64,000 nucleotides of DNA from Harriotta raleighana (GCA_050575255.1 JBNZDD010013498.1:350392-414391), one strand, 5' to 3'. Numbered from the stretch's first letter, positions 38,801 to 51,874 are shown. Program-made: numbers and translations. The notes: generated by a model not told the origin, from the sequence alone.

Positions 38801-40530
38801 TTTGTTTAAAATGAGGAGTGGGTCAAAATTATACTGAAGCAGAGCCAGGCCAGTCAACGATCACACGTGGAGAAATGGCTAATAACATATTCTACATTTG
38901 GAAGTACTTGAAAGCTTAATTACTGCATGCACAAGTTTCTTCATTTGATTCTAAATTATACTCCCAAAATAACCCTGACATGAAACAATTCAGCCTCCAA
39001 TTTTCTTAATTACTGAGATTATAGTGAAGTTTGTTTGTTTACCATTAGCACTGCTAGTCTACCATTTGTGTGTCATTGGAAACACAGGCTGCTGTGAGAC
39101 TAGTGTCTGTGATCATGCTTGGCTGACAGATTAATTACATGGAATTGAAGGTTGGTTGTTTTCATGTTTGGATGATTTGTGAAGTATTTTAGAACTGGAC
39201 AAAGAAAAGTTAGAAACTTTGCAGTTATGAAAGTGATTTAAGCACAAGAGCAGGCTTTCAGCTTAACAACTGTGGTGACATTTTAACCACTCCCTGAGAA
39301 AAATTGGTTGGAATTATTAGATTTTTTTTTAATGGGGTTGGGTTCAGATGGAGGGCTAAAACCTCCATAACTTCACCAGCAAATTTCTCCATTTGTCTAA
39401 AAATTTAAGTTATAAATTGTATATTCTACACTTTAGTTAGTAACTTAAGTGGAAGTTTCACAGTTCAAGACTTTGGCAATAGTAAAGGGAAATATAATGG
39501 AAATAAAGCAACAGCATGATGAGTTTGTGAGGAAAGCAGAAAATGAGAATGAGGACTAAGTTGTACTATACTATTCAATGCCTTATTCCTGTGACTTTTC
39601 AACTAGCATCCATCTTGGACAGGTTAGTTTTAGACAACTACTGTATATTCATTGCGTCCTTCAGGCCTGAGTGATAATAAAAGTAATTGGTACATGGATG
39701 AATCTGAACTTAGAGTGGAGGTCCATTCCAGGCCCTGTTCTTCGCAATATCTTTAAATGTGTCCCAATAAGATTCATTAAAGAGACAATCATGCTATGGT
39801 ATCAATACTGTTCTTTCATTTATGATCAAGGAAATAACTTGCTCAAGGCTTAGTGCATCTAAATTACATCTCAGTCAGGCCTTTAGTCGGGAAACAGCAA
39901 AAGCTACCTCCTGTGTGGTTTAGATTTGATGGCTCTGTTCCACATTAGATATTGACTCGCTTCAAAAATAATATGCAGCAGCTTCAGTATCCTGAAAACA
40001 TTAACAAAATAGACCATAATTTTTTTCATATTTTACAGGGAGTGCATTTTCCCACAAACAAATACAACAATAAAATTGAATAGCTAACATATGATAATCT
40101 TTATCAGAAAACAGTTCTTCCCTATTGCCTTTAATAATCATACAAACAGTTAAACTAGGGAAACTTCTACATCTAATTCCAACGTAAATCAATCTGTGGA
40201 AAAAAAGCTATCTCCAGTTACTATGAATGCTTCTTTTGTTGTGGTCTGAATCCACACATGATGAAACATCAGTGATAGTCTTCTGGTGGGTACGGATCTC
40301 TCTGGGGACTGGAAAGATGAGGGAGGAGAAAAGACGGTGCTTGTATAATCCTTCCAACAAATCTCAAATTGTCAAATTGAATTCTTGCTCTTAGATTGAC
40401 AGAATTGCAATTGTGTTTTCACAGAAATTGGAGTTTCTCAAAATAGTTTACAAGACTGCATTTCACCGTTGTCAGACATCAGATGTGCTCTCCTCTTCAG
40501 AAAATTTAGATGAGGTTCCAATACATTTGT

Positions 40531-40659
40531 GGCAAAGTACTGCAGATGCTGGAAATCTGATATGAACACAGAAGTCGCTGGGAAAACGCAGCAGGTCAGG
40601 CAGTATCCATGGAGAGAGGGAAATTGGTTAATGTTTCAGGTCTATGACCTTTTGTCAAA
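40531..40659 (-). mobile_element. Single-arm copy of the same Penelope-derived repeat
   Basis: TACTGCAGATGCTGGAAATCTGA..CAGAAGTCGCTGGGAAAACGCAGCAGGTCAGGCAG..ATGTTTCAGGTCTATGACC matches 35661-35865. Confidence 0.75.
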
Positions 40660-41147
40660 CTCAATAAATTCCCCTTAGTTGCATTAAAATTCTGTGTTGT
40701 GCGCTATCGCTCATCAAGCACATGGAACAAACTGAGTATCTGTGTTCACTTCACGTATCTGGGGACGTACACTATATTGCGATGGGAAATCTCATGCCTA
40801 TTAATTAAAATTCTATCACACTGTAGTTCCTGATCTGATGTTTTTAAAAAAATACAACATGAGTAGAAAAGTTAATAACTTCCTGATGGTGGGAAAGGAT
40901 TTAGATTCAGGAAAACGGCTCTCACCGCATCATTAGTGAACATTGACAAGTTTGTTTGTTAATAATCTTTTCTGCTTGAAATTCCCACCTAAAGTGTTAA
41001 CAATACAAACAACTCTGTATGAATTGTACTGGTTTCACTGCTCTTAAAATTCAACTTGTAGTATTTCAGCTATCGAAAACAAAAAGAGCTGTACTATTAA
41101 TAAAGCAGTACAAGGCATGAATACACTGGACATACTCCACCACAGTT

Positions 41148-41182
41148 TGTTAGAGGCATGTATTCTCTACATGCCTCTAACA
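41148..41182. repeat. Perfect 15-bp inverted repeat, 5-nt loop
   Basis: TGTTAGAGGCATGTA-TTCTC-TACATGCCTCTAACA. Confidence 0.95.
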
Positions 41183-41387
41183 CATGGCCATCATTCTCTA
41201 CAGTTGCTGATGTTAGTTGTATCCATGTGAAGAAATTGAAGGAAGGGCAGACACTTCTATGCAAGTTAAAGGAGGGAAGAGGGAGCCTGAATCTTTTTCC
41301 AGATTTCTGCAAACTTGGGGGTGTATATCTCCCCTCATTGACTTAAACCTACATGGGATTTTGCTGCAGTGTTTGACCTCCACATGA

Positions 41388-41555
41388 TACAGTAAATCCT
41401 GTGAAACACTTTGTGAAATGTCCTGCCGATGTGAAAAACACTATATCAAATGTAACAATCATAAATCTTTCATTTTGATATAGCACCTTATGATTTCTCA
41501 AAGTACTTCACAGTATTTTACTGTAATGACTAGGGACTGTATTTGTAGGCAAATG
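41388..41555. mobile_element. Two SINE tail fragments tail-to-tail (41388-41460 +, 41465-41555 -)
   Basis: CTGTGAAACACTTTG..GATGTGAAAAACACTATATCAAATG followed by CATTTTGATATAGCACC..CTCAAAGTACTTCACAG. Confidence 0.7.
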
Positions 41556-42221
41556 GAAGGATGATTATTATTATTATAGCTTGAGGTCTGGTCCTTGGGT
41601 CAGAGCAAAGGAAGTTTTTTTTAAAAAGCAGGATTTTCACTCCACCATCAAATTAAAGTTTCCCCTTATCTAAGAGATTGATAGTATCTATTTACAATAT
41701 TTGAAACCTTCAATTATTTTCTCAGACTTTCCCAATATATTTCTTTTACATTTCCATGAACCTAATTTCTTCTATTGTTTGCTTCTGTTGAAATGTCCTT
41801 TCCTCTGATAAATTCCTTCAGGAATGTCTCTTTCCTCAGTTTGGATCTCTTGTCTTTCAGTCTCTTTCTCTCTCGTTTATCTTTCATACAGTTTTTAAAA
41901 AAAATCTTGTTTGCAGTTTCAGATTGTATCTCCCCGTCAAGTCTTCTCTCTATCCACATGTAAGGCTCATTCATCACCAACTTCCTCAGTCAAATCACAG
42001 GAGATGTATCTTCATAACTGAATACTAATCACGACAGCTTTGCAAACAGACAATGTTCAGTAACACGTAGGGATAAAAAAATGCAACATGACTTATGATG
42101 TGATAATCATCACTGGTACTCACAGCTTCAATAATAGCAATGTTACAATTAAAAAAGATTCCAGCCTGCCTTCAAATGAAGATGGGGACCAGTCCATAAT
42201 TATTGAATGGCTTTGCCTGCG

Positions 42222-42383
42222 GTTTATAAATTGACATTACAGTGTCAATACATCTGATACTACATCTGTCCAACGAACCGCGGGAAGGGAAACCACTGTG
42301 TATNAGTTTATAAATTGACATTACAGTGTGTGGCTGATACTACATCTGTCCAACGAACCGCGGGAAGGGAAACCACTGTGTAT
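42222..42383. other. Assembly junction: ~80-bp duplication around N (42304), copies differ by a small indel
   Basis: CAGTGT-CAATACAT-CTGATAC vs CAGTGT-GTGG-CTGATAC. Confidence 0.85.
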
Positions 42384-43672
42384 AATGTAGATTTATAATT
42401 TTCTTACTATATGGAGAAATACCATTAGAAATAAACAATATTTTTTCACAATGCAATATCCAAATGAAGCTTGCATTTCTTCAGATATAAAAGCTGGTTT
42501 AATTGAATTTTTTTTCAGGGCTGGGATCCAGCATAAGTGCTAATTAAAATCAATTTGTAATCAGCTGAACACATGCCACTCGTGTTGTGGAGTACATCAT
42601 TGGCAACGTTATTTTATGATCGCTCTGTTGATGCAACGGCTGTTTAATTGAATATATAGTACATATATTTACGAGCCATTCAGTCATGTCATTGCTCTGT
42701 TGTGGTTCTTTTGTTTTGCCTTTTCTCAAGATGTAAAATGAAAAGAAAGAGTATTTTCTGTCCCAGGTGATAATTGTCACATCAAATAACAAATTTCCCT
42801 CATTCTATTGTGTAATCACTGAGTAGCCCTCCCCTTAAGCAATCTCTGCTCCTGAAATCTCAATCAGATCTGAGCATAAGTGGAGACGTCTTTAAATGTA
42901 AAGGATAGGAAGAACTTTTGGGAAAAAAATCCAGGTTCAGGGAAGGTTAGAGATGCACAACACCAATTATCTCAGAGTCTACCTGTGAAAGAGTTGGAAT
43001 GTCAAATGGACTAAAATCCCAAATTAATCAGAAATACACAGATAATAATTGTGCAGCTAATTACAAACCACCTTCAATGTAGTTCCATCTTCTAATGAGG
43101 TAAATGAAGTTGCTAGTTTTCAGCCTTTACGCCATTGTTTAGCATATACACATACATGTTGAGAGAGAGTACTGTGTGTGTATATATATATGTGTATATG
43201 TTCGACGGGCATTACAAAAGTTAATTGTGCTATGAATCAAAAGAAAACTTTGCAATTTAGCTTTTTTTTGACAAAAAGTGGCAGTAATAGTTTTTTTTTG
43301 TTAAATGCATTGCATCAGTGCCCAGCATTCCTAAGCACTGTTTGAGGGAATATATCTTTGCTGCTTTTAATGGAAAATGTAGCACCACTGGCAATCCAAC
43401 TACAGTGAAGTATTTATAAAGCTTCTGAAGCAGCTAATGACAAATTGCAAAAATCTAAGGTCTTAGAGGATGTGTGGTTAATAGTTGGGATAACCATTCC
43501 CCACAGCATGAGAACTCTTTGAACAATTTACTTTTTCTTTTGTTGAGCTCACTACCTCAAGGTCTGACCACAGGCTTGATACTGCACCAGCTTCTGTCTC
43601 TTCTCACCTGTTTATCTTTCTCAACTTTTGGCAAACATTTAACAATAAGGTAAATTGACCTTTTCCATTTGT

Positions 43673-44030
43673 TTTCTGCTTGTCAGCCTTCCCAACTCCT
43701 CCCTCCATAGGCTGCAGATCATCCAGATCTCTGCAGCCCATGTTCTCTCCCGCACCAAGCTCTGCGACCCCATCTCCCCCATTCTCGCCTGACTCCCTTG
43801 GCTCCCCATCACCCAGAGGATTCGATTCCAAATTCTGGTCTTTATTTTGAAAGCCCTCCATGGCCTCGTGCCACCCTACCTCAGCGATCTCCTAATCCCC
43901 AAACAACCTGCCCAAATCCCCTCTTTCCTTTCACTCTCCCTGATCCCAACCCCAGCTTGGGTCTGACACAGTTATGGTCCTGTGCCTTGGGATGTCCTCC
44001 CGACGTGAAAATGTAATTTTGTAGTTGTTG
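43673..44030 (+). mobile_element. L2 LINE 3' fragment
   Basis: Translates LLVSLPNSSLHRLQIIQISAAHVLSRTK..PISPILA*LPWLPITQRIRFQIL..KALHGLVPPYLSDLL; tail GCCTTGGGATGTCCTCCCGACGTGAAA..TTGTTG. Confidence 0.9.
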
Positions 44031-44219
44031 ATTCTGAGGGGTAGAAATATTTTGCTCGAGAATCCACAGCTCATCGAAATTTACTGAATAGTGGAATATT
44101 GTTCACTTTGTTTTAATGATATTTGTTTCACTATGTGGTTCTTAGAGTGGCTGAAGCAATACAAGATTTTTGTATGTTTTTGGTTATTTAATTTGCACTC
44201 CCGTGCTGCTTGTAGAAGG

Positions 44220-44290
44220 ACAGCAACAACAGCAACAACAACTTGCATTTATAAAGTGCTCTCCAAGCCGGGCGGCGTCTCAGAAGACTT
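44220..44290 (-). mobile_element. L2 3'-tail stub
   Basis: (CAR)n CTTGCATTTATAAAGTGCTCTCC..GGCGTCTCA. Confidence 0.6.
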
Positions 44291-47200
44291 CAATGAGGTG
44301 GATGCCCGAGGCACTGGATGCTGTATGCAGAAGGAAGTATTTCCAAATGAATTGGAAAAATCTAATATTAAGCTCCAACATCGGTTTCATAGGTTTCACC
44401 TTCTATCTCTAAACAAGTGTAGTTTTGGTTCTACTCTCAGATTTCTAAGTTCCTTTTTGAAATGTACAATTCAGGAAACTGAATCTGGATGTGGGGAGTC
44501 AGAGAACCAAGATCGATTTCTATGAGTTAATGATATTTCATACATATGGTGCGAAACAGAAGTATTCGCTTTGTTGAAGAGCATTCCTTCCCCCAGTTGT
44601 TCTGCTCCACTGCAATCAGTGCAATTGTAGACATTTCATACATTATACTGTATGTATGAAACACAAAGTTTGACACAAAGTTGCAAGGGGCAATGAATGA
44701 ATGAAGGCAATTCATTATAAAGCAAAGAATAAAAAAAGCCCATTTCACCCTTCCATCTACTTTCCTTGGGCAAACTGCTTTCTACTTCGATGGCCCTTTG
44801 CTTACCTGCAATGCGCATTATCAATTCATTTATACTGTATATATGGAGGTAGTTATAGGAGCACAACTATTCACATTGTACATTTTAAAAGCAGCAGAAG
44901 TAAATCACCCTGGATTTGCTCTCCTTTGGTCCATTAAATGCTAGTGAACCACCTTTCAGGAATAGGAAATATAAGTTGGGGGTTTCAACTCCTACAAAGA
45001 AAGTATCTTCATTCCTAGCAGTATAAACGCATGTGTGGTACATTAATTCTAGAAGGGCCGTCATTGAAAGGACTCTTTCCTTTTTCATTTTAAATGATTT
45101 ACGTTGTTTGAGAATTTTCACCTTCAAGATAATGCAGCTGGTCTCTTCAGGGAAGATCACTTTGGTAAAGTTCAAGTTCACGGGAGAGATCTAAACGTTC
45201 TGTTTGCCCCGGGGAAAATAGTGATATTGTTGGAACATTACAAAAGATCTCCAACCATATGTAATTTCCATCTATCGGGAGAACAACGTACAGAATTTAC
45301 TATAATAAATAGCATTCCAGTTGGAACACTGAGGGGTCTCTGCTTACCAAGACATCTGCTAAAAATGCAGAGAAATGACCAATTATAAGCAGTGAATATA
45401 CCAAGCCTGAAATGTTAAGGTACTGTACATGAATACAACTAAGAGGTCACTTACTGAGCTCAAAGCCTCGGTCAGTCTGTCCTTTGGGCATATAATTATT
45501 ACAACAATATTTCTTCTCAACATTTCATTATCTTTTATTCAACCAACCACTGCATATGCATTCAACTTTCAGCTATCTCTGCCGTCCGAGTGATGAACAT
45601 CTTCTAATTAACATTTGCTTAAAAGCCTTGCTCTCGCTCACCTCATTACATGGAGATTTCACTTGTTAATTATCAGCCAAAAAGAAAGCCAAAGATCTTA
45701 ATGGCTTCAGCTAATTAGAATTTTTCTATTAACCTTTCACAAAATTTAGGAATACCTACAGATAGAGGAGTTTTAAAAGACCCTGACTCCCAATCTATTT
45801 ATGTTTCATTGCTCTGATCATTTTGTCAAGGAACGTGTGATAATTCTGAGACAGAGTTTGATGGAGCAAAAGTAAACCGAGATCTCGTTCCTGATTTTTT
45901 TTTTGACCAACCCCCTCTTGGACATGTGCAGACGTCAAGTGAGTATAGGTTTGGGTTTAGCTACTATGTCATTCTGCCAATCTGCAGAGGGTTTCAAATG
46001 ATGTACTAAACAATGATGCAAATTAAAATGTTTGCTATAATATCCATCTGTCTAATAGAGAAGCAACTAAGGAGAAGTCTTACTTTTAAATACTCTTAAA
46101 TAGCTCATGAGATTGCTTTTCTTAATTGATGGAAGGAAGGGGCACCATCTGTTTGCTCGGTTTAGATTTACTCTGACATTTCCATTGCTCGGTTGCAATC
46201 ATTTTACTTGGGAAGATTTTCTTCCTGTAAATCAGGTTCATCTAACAGATAATTTACTTAGTTCATTCCTAATTGGTAACCTGACTCCAGCAGGACCTTC
46301 AGTTAATGTTTAATTTAAGTGTTTCAATGTAGTTTTTGTCAAAAATAAAAATCTATGTCCAATGTTCATTACATACATATTATAATATACCTATACACTA
46401 AATATATACATATATTTTTTTAAAATGCACTTTCTCTTACACAGTATTTTCATTCCTTCTGTAACCTATGATTTAATAGAAATTACTCATATTTTTGGTA
46501 ATGCAACCTTGTAAATCACACCTAAATACTGCTTATACAAGGAGGCCTTGCCTTCCAGTTTATTAGAGTTTTATAGTGTAAAGCATTTTCACATGATTCT
46601 AATCATACAGCACACCACAGAGACAAAGCACATTATATCCATCCCTGTTAATCTCACAATTTTGGTAAAAATGTGGCAATTTTCAGAGATTGTCACTTCA
46701 CTTTCAGTCAGAACAAATTCTATATTTTCAGTAATTTTTCCGCTTCTCTTTCCACCCTCCCTCTAAACCCCTTATAACTGGGATTCAATTCCACAGGCGT
46801 CCTCCATTATCTCATAGCTTGTATGTCGAGCGTGCATTAATATCTGCCTCTCTTTGCAAATCAGTTGACAGGATTATAATAATTATGTCCTTCAAAATAT
46901 CTGTGCAGCTGCCGTTTTCAAATTCTTATTGCTAATTAAATTGCAAAAATGTACTGGGTCGCATTCAGTTAATTCCTTCTATTTGCTGGAACATAGAGTG
47001 CAATTGTGGAAAAGTGAAATAGAAGAGTTTCTAGGTGATTAAAGTCTTCTGTGAATATTGGTGTAACTTCTCTTCTTACATGTGAATCTAGTTATAAGCA
47101 AGACACAGTGTCTGGCCTCCAATCTAAGGCATAAAATGAAATCCCACTGTGTGACTTATTCATACTTAATTGTTAATAGCAACAATACTTTTCCCCTTCA

Positions 47201-47804
47201 AATAACATTTGTTGTTGTCTGGTGGAAGTAATCCAAAGAATTAAGTTACTTTATTCCACCCCTACTCCCAATATTGTTTACTTGAAAGATTACATGAGAC
47301 TGAGGAAGTTATCTTGAGAAGGATCAGACTTATTCCATTCATAATGACAAACACTCAAATCAGCATATAGCTCCAGGCATGTCTACTTGTGGAAGTCTGT
47401 GCTCTGGAACAGTAAAGCAAATCACTTGCGTGCCTGAGAGATGTGTGTCAGGGGTACCCCCACTACAAAGGGAAAGAAACCCTGAGATTTGGTATGATTC
47501 CAGAGTGATGACAGGTTTACTCTGTACAAGCACCTTCCTGTGCATCGAGCTGCGATGAAGTACTAGCCATTCCATGCTCTGAGTATTTGATCTCATATTT
47601 AAATCACTTGATGTTGATTTTGCCCTGTTGTAACAGTGATATAATTCCCACATCACAAGGGACATAATAATATTGATCGGATTCTGCCATGTAATGACGC
47701 AAAGAACTGTGTACTTGGTACCAGGGGAGAATTTTAAATACCAAATATGTTTTCCTTTATGATTACTGGTTGAAATGGATGTTCAGTCAACAACAGTAAC
47801 AGCT

Positions 47805-47838
47805 GTGTCTGTGTGTGTGTGTGTTTGGTTGTGTGTGT
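47805..47838. repeat. Imperfect (TG)n microsatellite
   Basis: Direct reading. Confidence 0.8.
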
Positions 47839-47846
47839 AAAAAAAA

Positions 47847-47972
47847 AGACAAAAAATAAAAATATTACGCTTGCACATTCAGGCTATATAGTGTTAAAAG
47901 CAGAGATCNAGAGACAAAAAATTAAAATATTACGCTTGCACATTCAGGCTATATAGTGTTAAAAGCAGAGAT
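47847..47972. other. Assembly junction: ~61-bp duplication around N (47909)
   Basis: Near-identical copies either side of N. Confidence 0.85.
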
Positions 47973-48002
47973 CTACAAATATCTGATTGCTTTTACTTTC
48001 CT

Positions 48003-48065
48003 GCTGGGACATCCTCCCGATGTGAAAGGGGCTCTACAAATCTAATTTTGTCATTGTTGTTGTTG
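48003..48065 (+). mobile_element. L2 3'-tail stub
   Basis: GGGACATCCTCCCGATGTGAAAGGGGCTCTACAAATCTAATTTTG..(TTG)n. Confidence 0.75.
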
Positions 48066-48759
48066 CTAACAAATGCGAACTGCATTGTGAGCTTTGTAAA
48101 TATCAGTAATAGAAATCAGACCGAAGATATCCCAAAGGCATAACAGGTCGAGGCAGCCCTGGCTTATGCAAACCACAGAGCCGCAAGTCGTACTCTCAGG
48201 CTACGCTCAGTGATCTCAGTCAATGCAGCAGTCACAGAAGCCCATAACTGCCCTCAGTGGCCACTGGGCCTTGAACTGTCCCTCCTCTTGATCCATATCC
48301 AGTAGGCAGAATGCATCCCTCCAGGGAGAGAGTGTGAATCCCCTTCCAACAATCTATTTGGGGGATTTCCATGTGTGGGTGGGAGGATAACATGTATTAT
48401 TAGTTGTAGTAATAGTACCTTACAGATAGGAAACCTGAATGATAGTAATACAATATATTTTCTTAAATTCTTGAAAAGTAGCTGAAACTACTGGTATGTT
48501 TCACTGGGTTAATTTGAAGAAGTTTGCTATTACGAATCTGGAGTGAAAACAGTTGAGATATTACAGAGGGAGCTACTGTATGTCTTGCTGATAATAGGAA
48601 CTGGACTACTGCTGACGTATAAATTAAGAGAAGCAGTTTACTATATCTGGTACAAGATTTATGTGAGGCCTGTTTCCATGATAGCATAAGGGCTATGTGC
48701 TGGAGGCGATGCCATCATTTCACCATGGTGGTGAAACAATTGTCTTCTCAGAGTAGGAG

Positions 48760-48860
48760 TTGATAAATACAGTTACACCGATTTATCCTATATCATGTGA
48801 GGCACTTGGAGATGTCTCGAAGACATTATAAGGTGTTGTATCAAATGCAAGAATTATTGT
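48760..48860 (+). mobile_element. SINE family A tail fragment
   Basis: TGTGAGGCACTTGGAGATGTCTCGAAGAC..TATCAAATGCAAGAATTATT. Confidence 0.7.
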
Positions 48861-50821
48861 TCTAAACTACATTTTTTTAAAAAATATTTAGGGATCCACA
48901 AATCCATAAACTAAACATTGAAATTTAAATAACTTCCTCCCATGTGGAACTAGATTCCTCTACCTTGGATGATCAATTAAGGCAAATCCTTATCCAAAGA
49001 GCTGTAGAAATCTATAATTGTGCAAAATGCATGAAATACTAATACCGCACAACTGACTCTGAATCCATGTGATCGTTAATTCTCTGGGAAACGTAGATCA
49101 ATGTAAACTGTCTCCAACTCCAGGGAAGCAACATATTGCCCAGTGTTTTAGCAAGCCATCAGGACCAGGAAATTCCTTTGATGCTAAGCTGTTGATTTTG
49201 CCATTCCAGGTTGCTGTGTGCAATAGTTTCTATTTCTTCACCCTTCCCTTTAAACAGTCGGGAACTAGCCTGGCTCTTGACCATTGCACGTTGATGTCCC
49301 AACTTCATACCCAGTGTAACTCGCAGCGCTTAATGTAATTGCTGGATTGGAGCCCAGATAGGGAACCATTTAAGTCAACAGATGACGTCATTGTGGCCTG
49401 AAAAATTTTAATGCATGACTGAGGTAACTGGATACTACGGGTAAAATATTAAAAGCTTGCAACCCTATAAAATACTCTTTTCTTTCTGTTTGTTTTTAAA
49501 ACTGATGTATTTCAGAAGTTGAAGCAGCTGTCTGTTCATTTACTGAGGTGGCACGGCCATTAATCTTTCCGTGGTATGAAAGAAAACAAGAAGGCGATCT
49601 GGTGCATTTTGTTATGTCACCTGTGCTGAGCATTTCTTAAGTAACATAAGAGGAAGAGACAAAATTAACTTTTTTCCACCTTCGTCTCCTGTTTTCTCTT
49701 CCAGCCATATTTTACAAGCAGTAACTTATGCTAGTGTAACATTCCATAGGCCTCCAAACCTCCCACATGCCTTAGTTAAGTGGCCATTCTTCTTGTGGGA
49801 AACCAGACAGTGAGCATCGATAAGCTCAACAACCACTGAGGCCAATACAGTCAAGCAAAAGGCTTGTTGTTTACTTGAAAATGCACTCGCTTGCATTTCC
49901 AGCAAAGGGGGTGGGAGTTGGCGGCAATATAACACGATTAGAAAGAGACTCCTATGATTTTTTCACCTCCAAAACATGAGTGGAAGCAGTTTATACGTTT
50001 GCCTCTGCCAGTCCAGAAATGATCATCTCCTACTCAATAATGGGATCAGCTTTTTCTTACAATATTGTTTCCCTCTCTTCATCTTAGTTTGATAGTAAAA
50101 GATCCAGGCTTAGGTTATTCTACCCAACTACAGTATTTAGGAATATTAAATACGGAAATTGCCAGATGAATACTTTGGCCAGACAACTGTTTAATTGAGA
50201 CCATACATAATTTAATTGGGCATGTGGATTTTGAAATTCACACTGAGGATTTCACTATGTTATTTTCCTATTAAATTTACCTCATCCTGCTCTGCATTCT
50301 GTAGCTATTCATCTCATTTTCATCACATTCCTCACAGGATATATACATCTCACGACTTCCTTTTGAAGAGTTTGATTTTGCCCTCAAAAAGGCTTAGCTA
50401 CAAGGATAGAATCATATCCTGGGGGTTTGGATCTCCTCAGTCTAAGATTAGAACGCAAGAGATTTATTTTTCAGTTTAGTTAGTTAGGGATGTAGAGGTG
50501 CATTCTTCTATAGGTAGGGCTTTGCCCTTTGAACATTAGCACTCCTCTCAGGTGCCCATGACTATCACAATCTCCTTATTATCTTGCCTATATAGCTAAT
50601 GAATATTTAATGAACTGGCTTAGTGCACTTATTCCACTCACAATGCTGGCATTAGTTGCTGTTTAGCTGTTGTCTTAAGATAATTGTCTAGTGTTCCAAT
50701 CTTCCGTTTTATTGCTATTCTATCTTTATTTACTTGTGCAGTATATATCAGTTCCATATTCCATTTTTTAATATAATTTCCAGAGGTGTCAAATACTCCT
50801 CAAATATATTTGTTTTTCTAT

Positions 50822-50995
50822 CAATGGCTCAGTTGGTAAAACCACTGGCCAATTTGAGACTGAGCCACACAGCCCAGGTTTGGTTCCTGGTTCGTGCTGA
50901 GTTATATGATAATGGACAATTGATGTGGGGTGGGAACAGGATTGAATTGGACTGTGATTCCCCTCCTTGGTTGAATCACATGGCCACCATGGGGC
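50822..50995 (+). mobile_element. SINE family B copy with tRNA-like head, internally deleted
   Basis: A box TGGCTCAGTTGG, CTGAGCCACACAGCCCAGG, GTGCTGAGTTA, ACAGGATTGAATTGGACTGTGAT. Confidence 0.6.
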
Positions 50996-51011
50996 TGGGG
51001 GACGTGCCTTT

Positions 51012-51220
51012 AGGTGTCAGCCTGTCTCACTTGCTGGGATTCTTACCCCTAAATCAGTTTGTGGATTCAAACCCCACATTGAGATTTTGAACTCAAGGAG
51101 TATAGGCTGACACTTGACCCCTGCATTCACTCACAAGAACACAGACATTATTATTTACAAAAATCTGTGAAGCATTTTGAGGTTTGAAGTTATATGTTAC
51201 TATGTCATATGCAACTTTTA
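51012..51220 (+). mobile_element. Family C SINE head plus tail remnant
   Basis: GGTGTCAGCCTGTCTCA..TTGTGGATTCAAACCCCAC..TAGGCTGACACT..CTGTGAAGCATTTTGA. Confidence 0.55.
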
Positions 51221-51874
51221 TTATTGTATCAAATGAAATGAATGGAATTATGAGTTACACAGAAGCCCATCAGTGTACAACTGGTAGAATTTCAGGACCT
51301 GAATTCTTAATATAACTGCCTTACAATTATTTTTGCTGATTCCAAGATAATTGGAAACTGGAAAATGTTACTTTATACTCAAAGTGTACTATAATCTGTG
51401 CCAACGGTTGACAGGAAATATTGTTCCATTTTCACATGAAGGTAAACCAAGCCTATTTTAAGGCAGCAAAGCTTGATTCCCAGAGAGAAAAGTGTGTTTT
51501 GAATATCCAAAACTGTTGAACAACTGGAATGCATAATCTCATGAATACTATTTTAAAATCTCCTTAAATTTTCAAGCGCAAGACTTCAAAATCAGGTTTC
51601 TTGTAGAGCTGATCACATAACATCTGCTGCCAAGGAATTAGGGCACGAAGGATCTTCTGTCCAATATATGTCATCATGTTACTGCCCAATTTAGTACTAA
51701 TGACCCAGTGGCGATGCCAAATTTACAGATAAAGTACTAAAAGACAGGTGTCAAAATAAGAGGATTGAAATCCCATACTGTGACAGATGACTGATGAATA
51801 CTGGGGTGAGTGCTGTAACAGCAGCAGTGCAGCTGAAAGCAATGTTAGATGGTCAGTGAAAACCGTTATATTCC

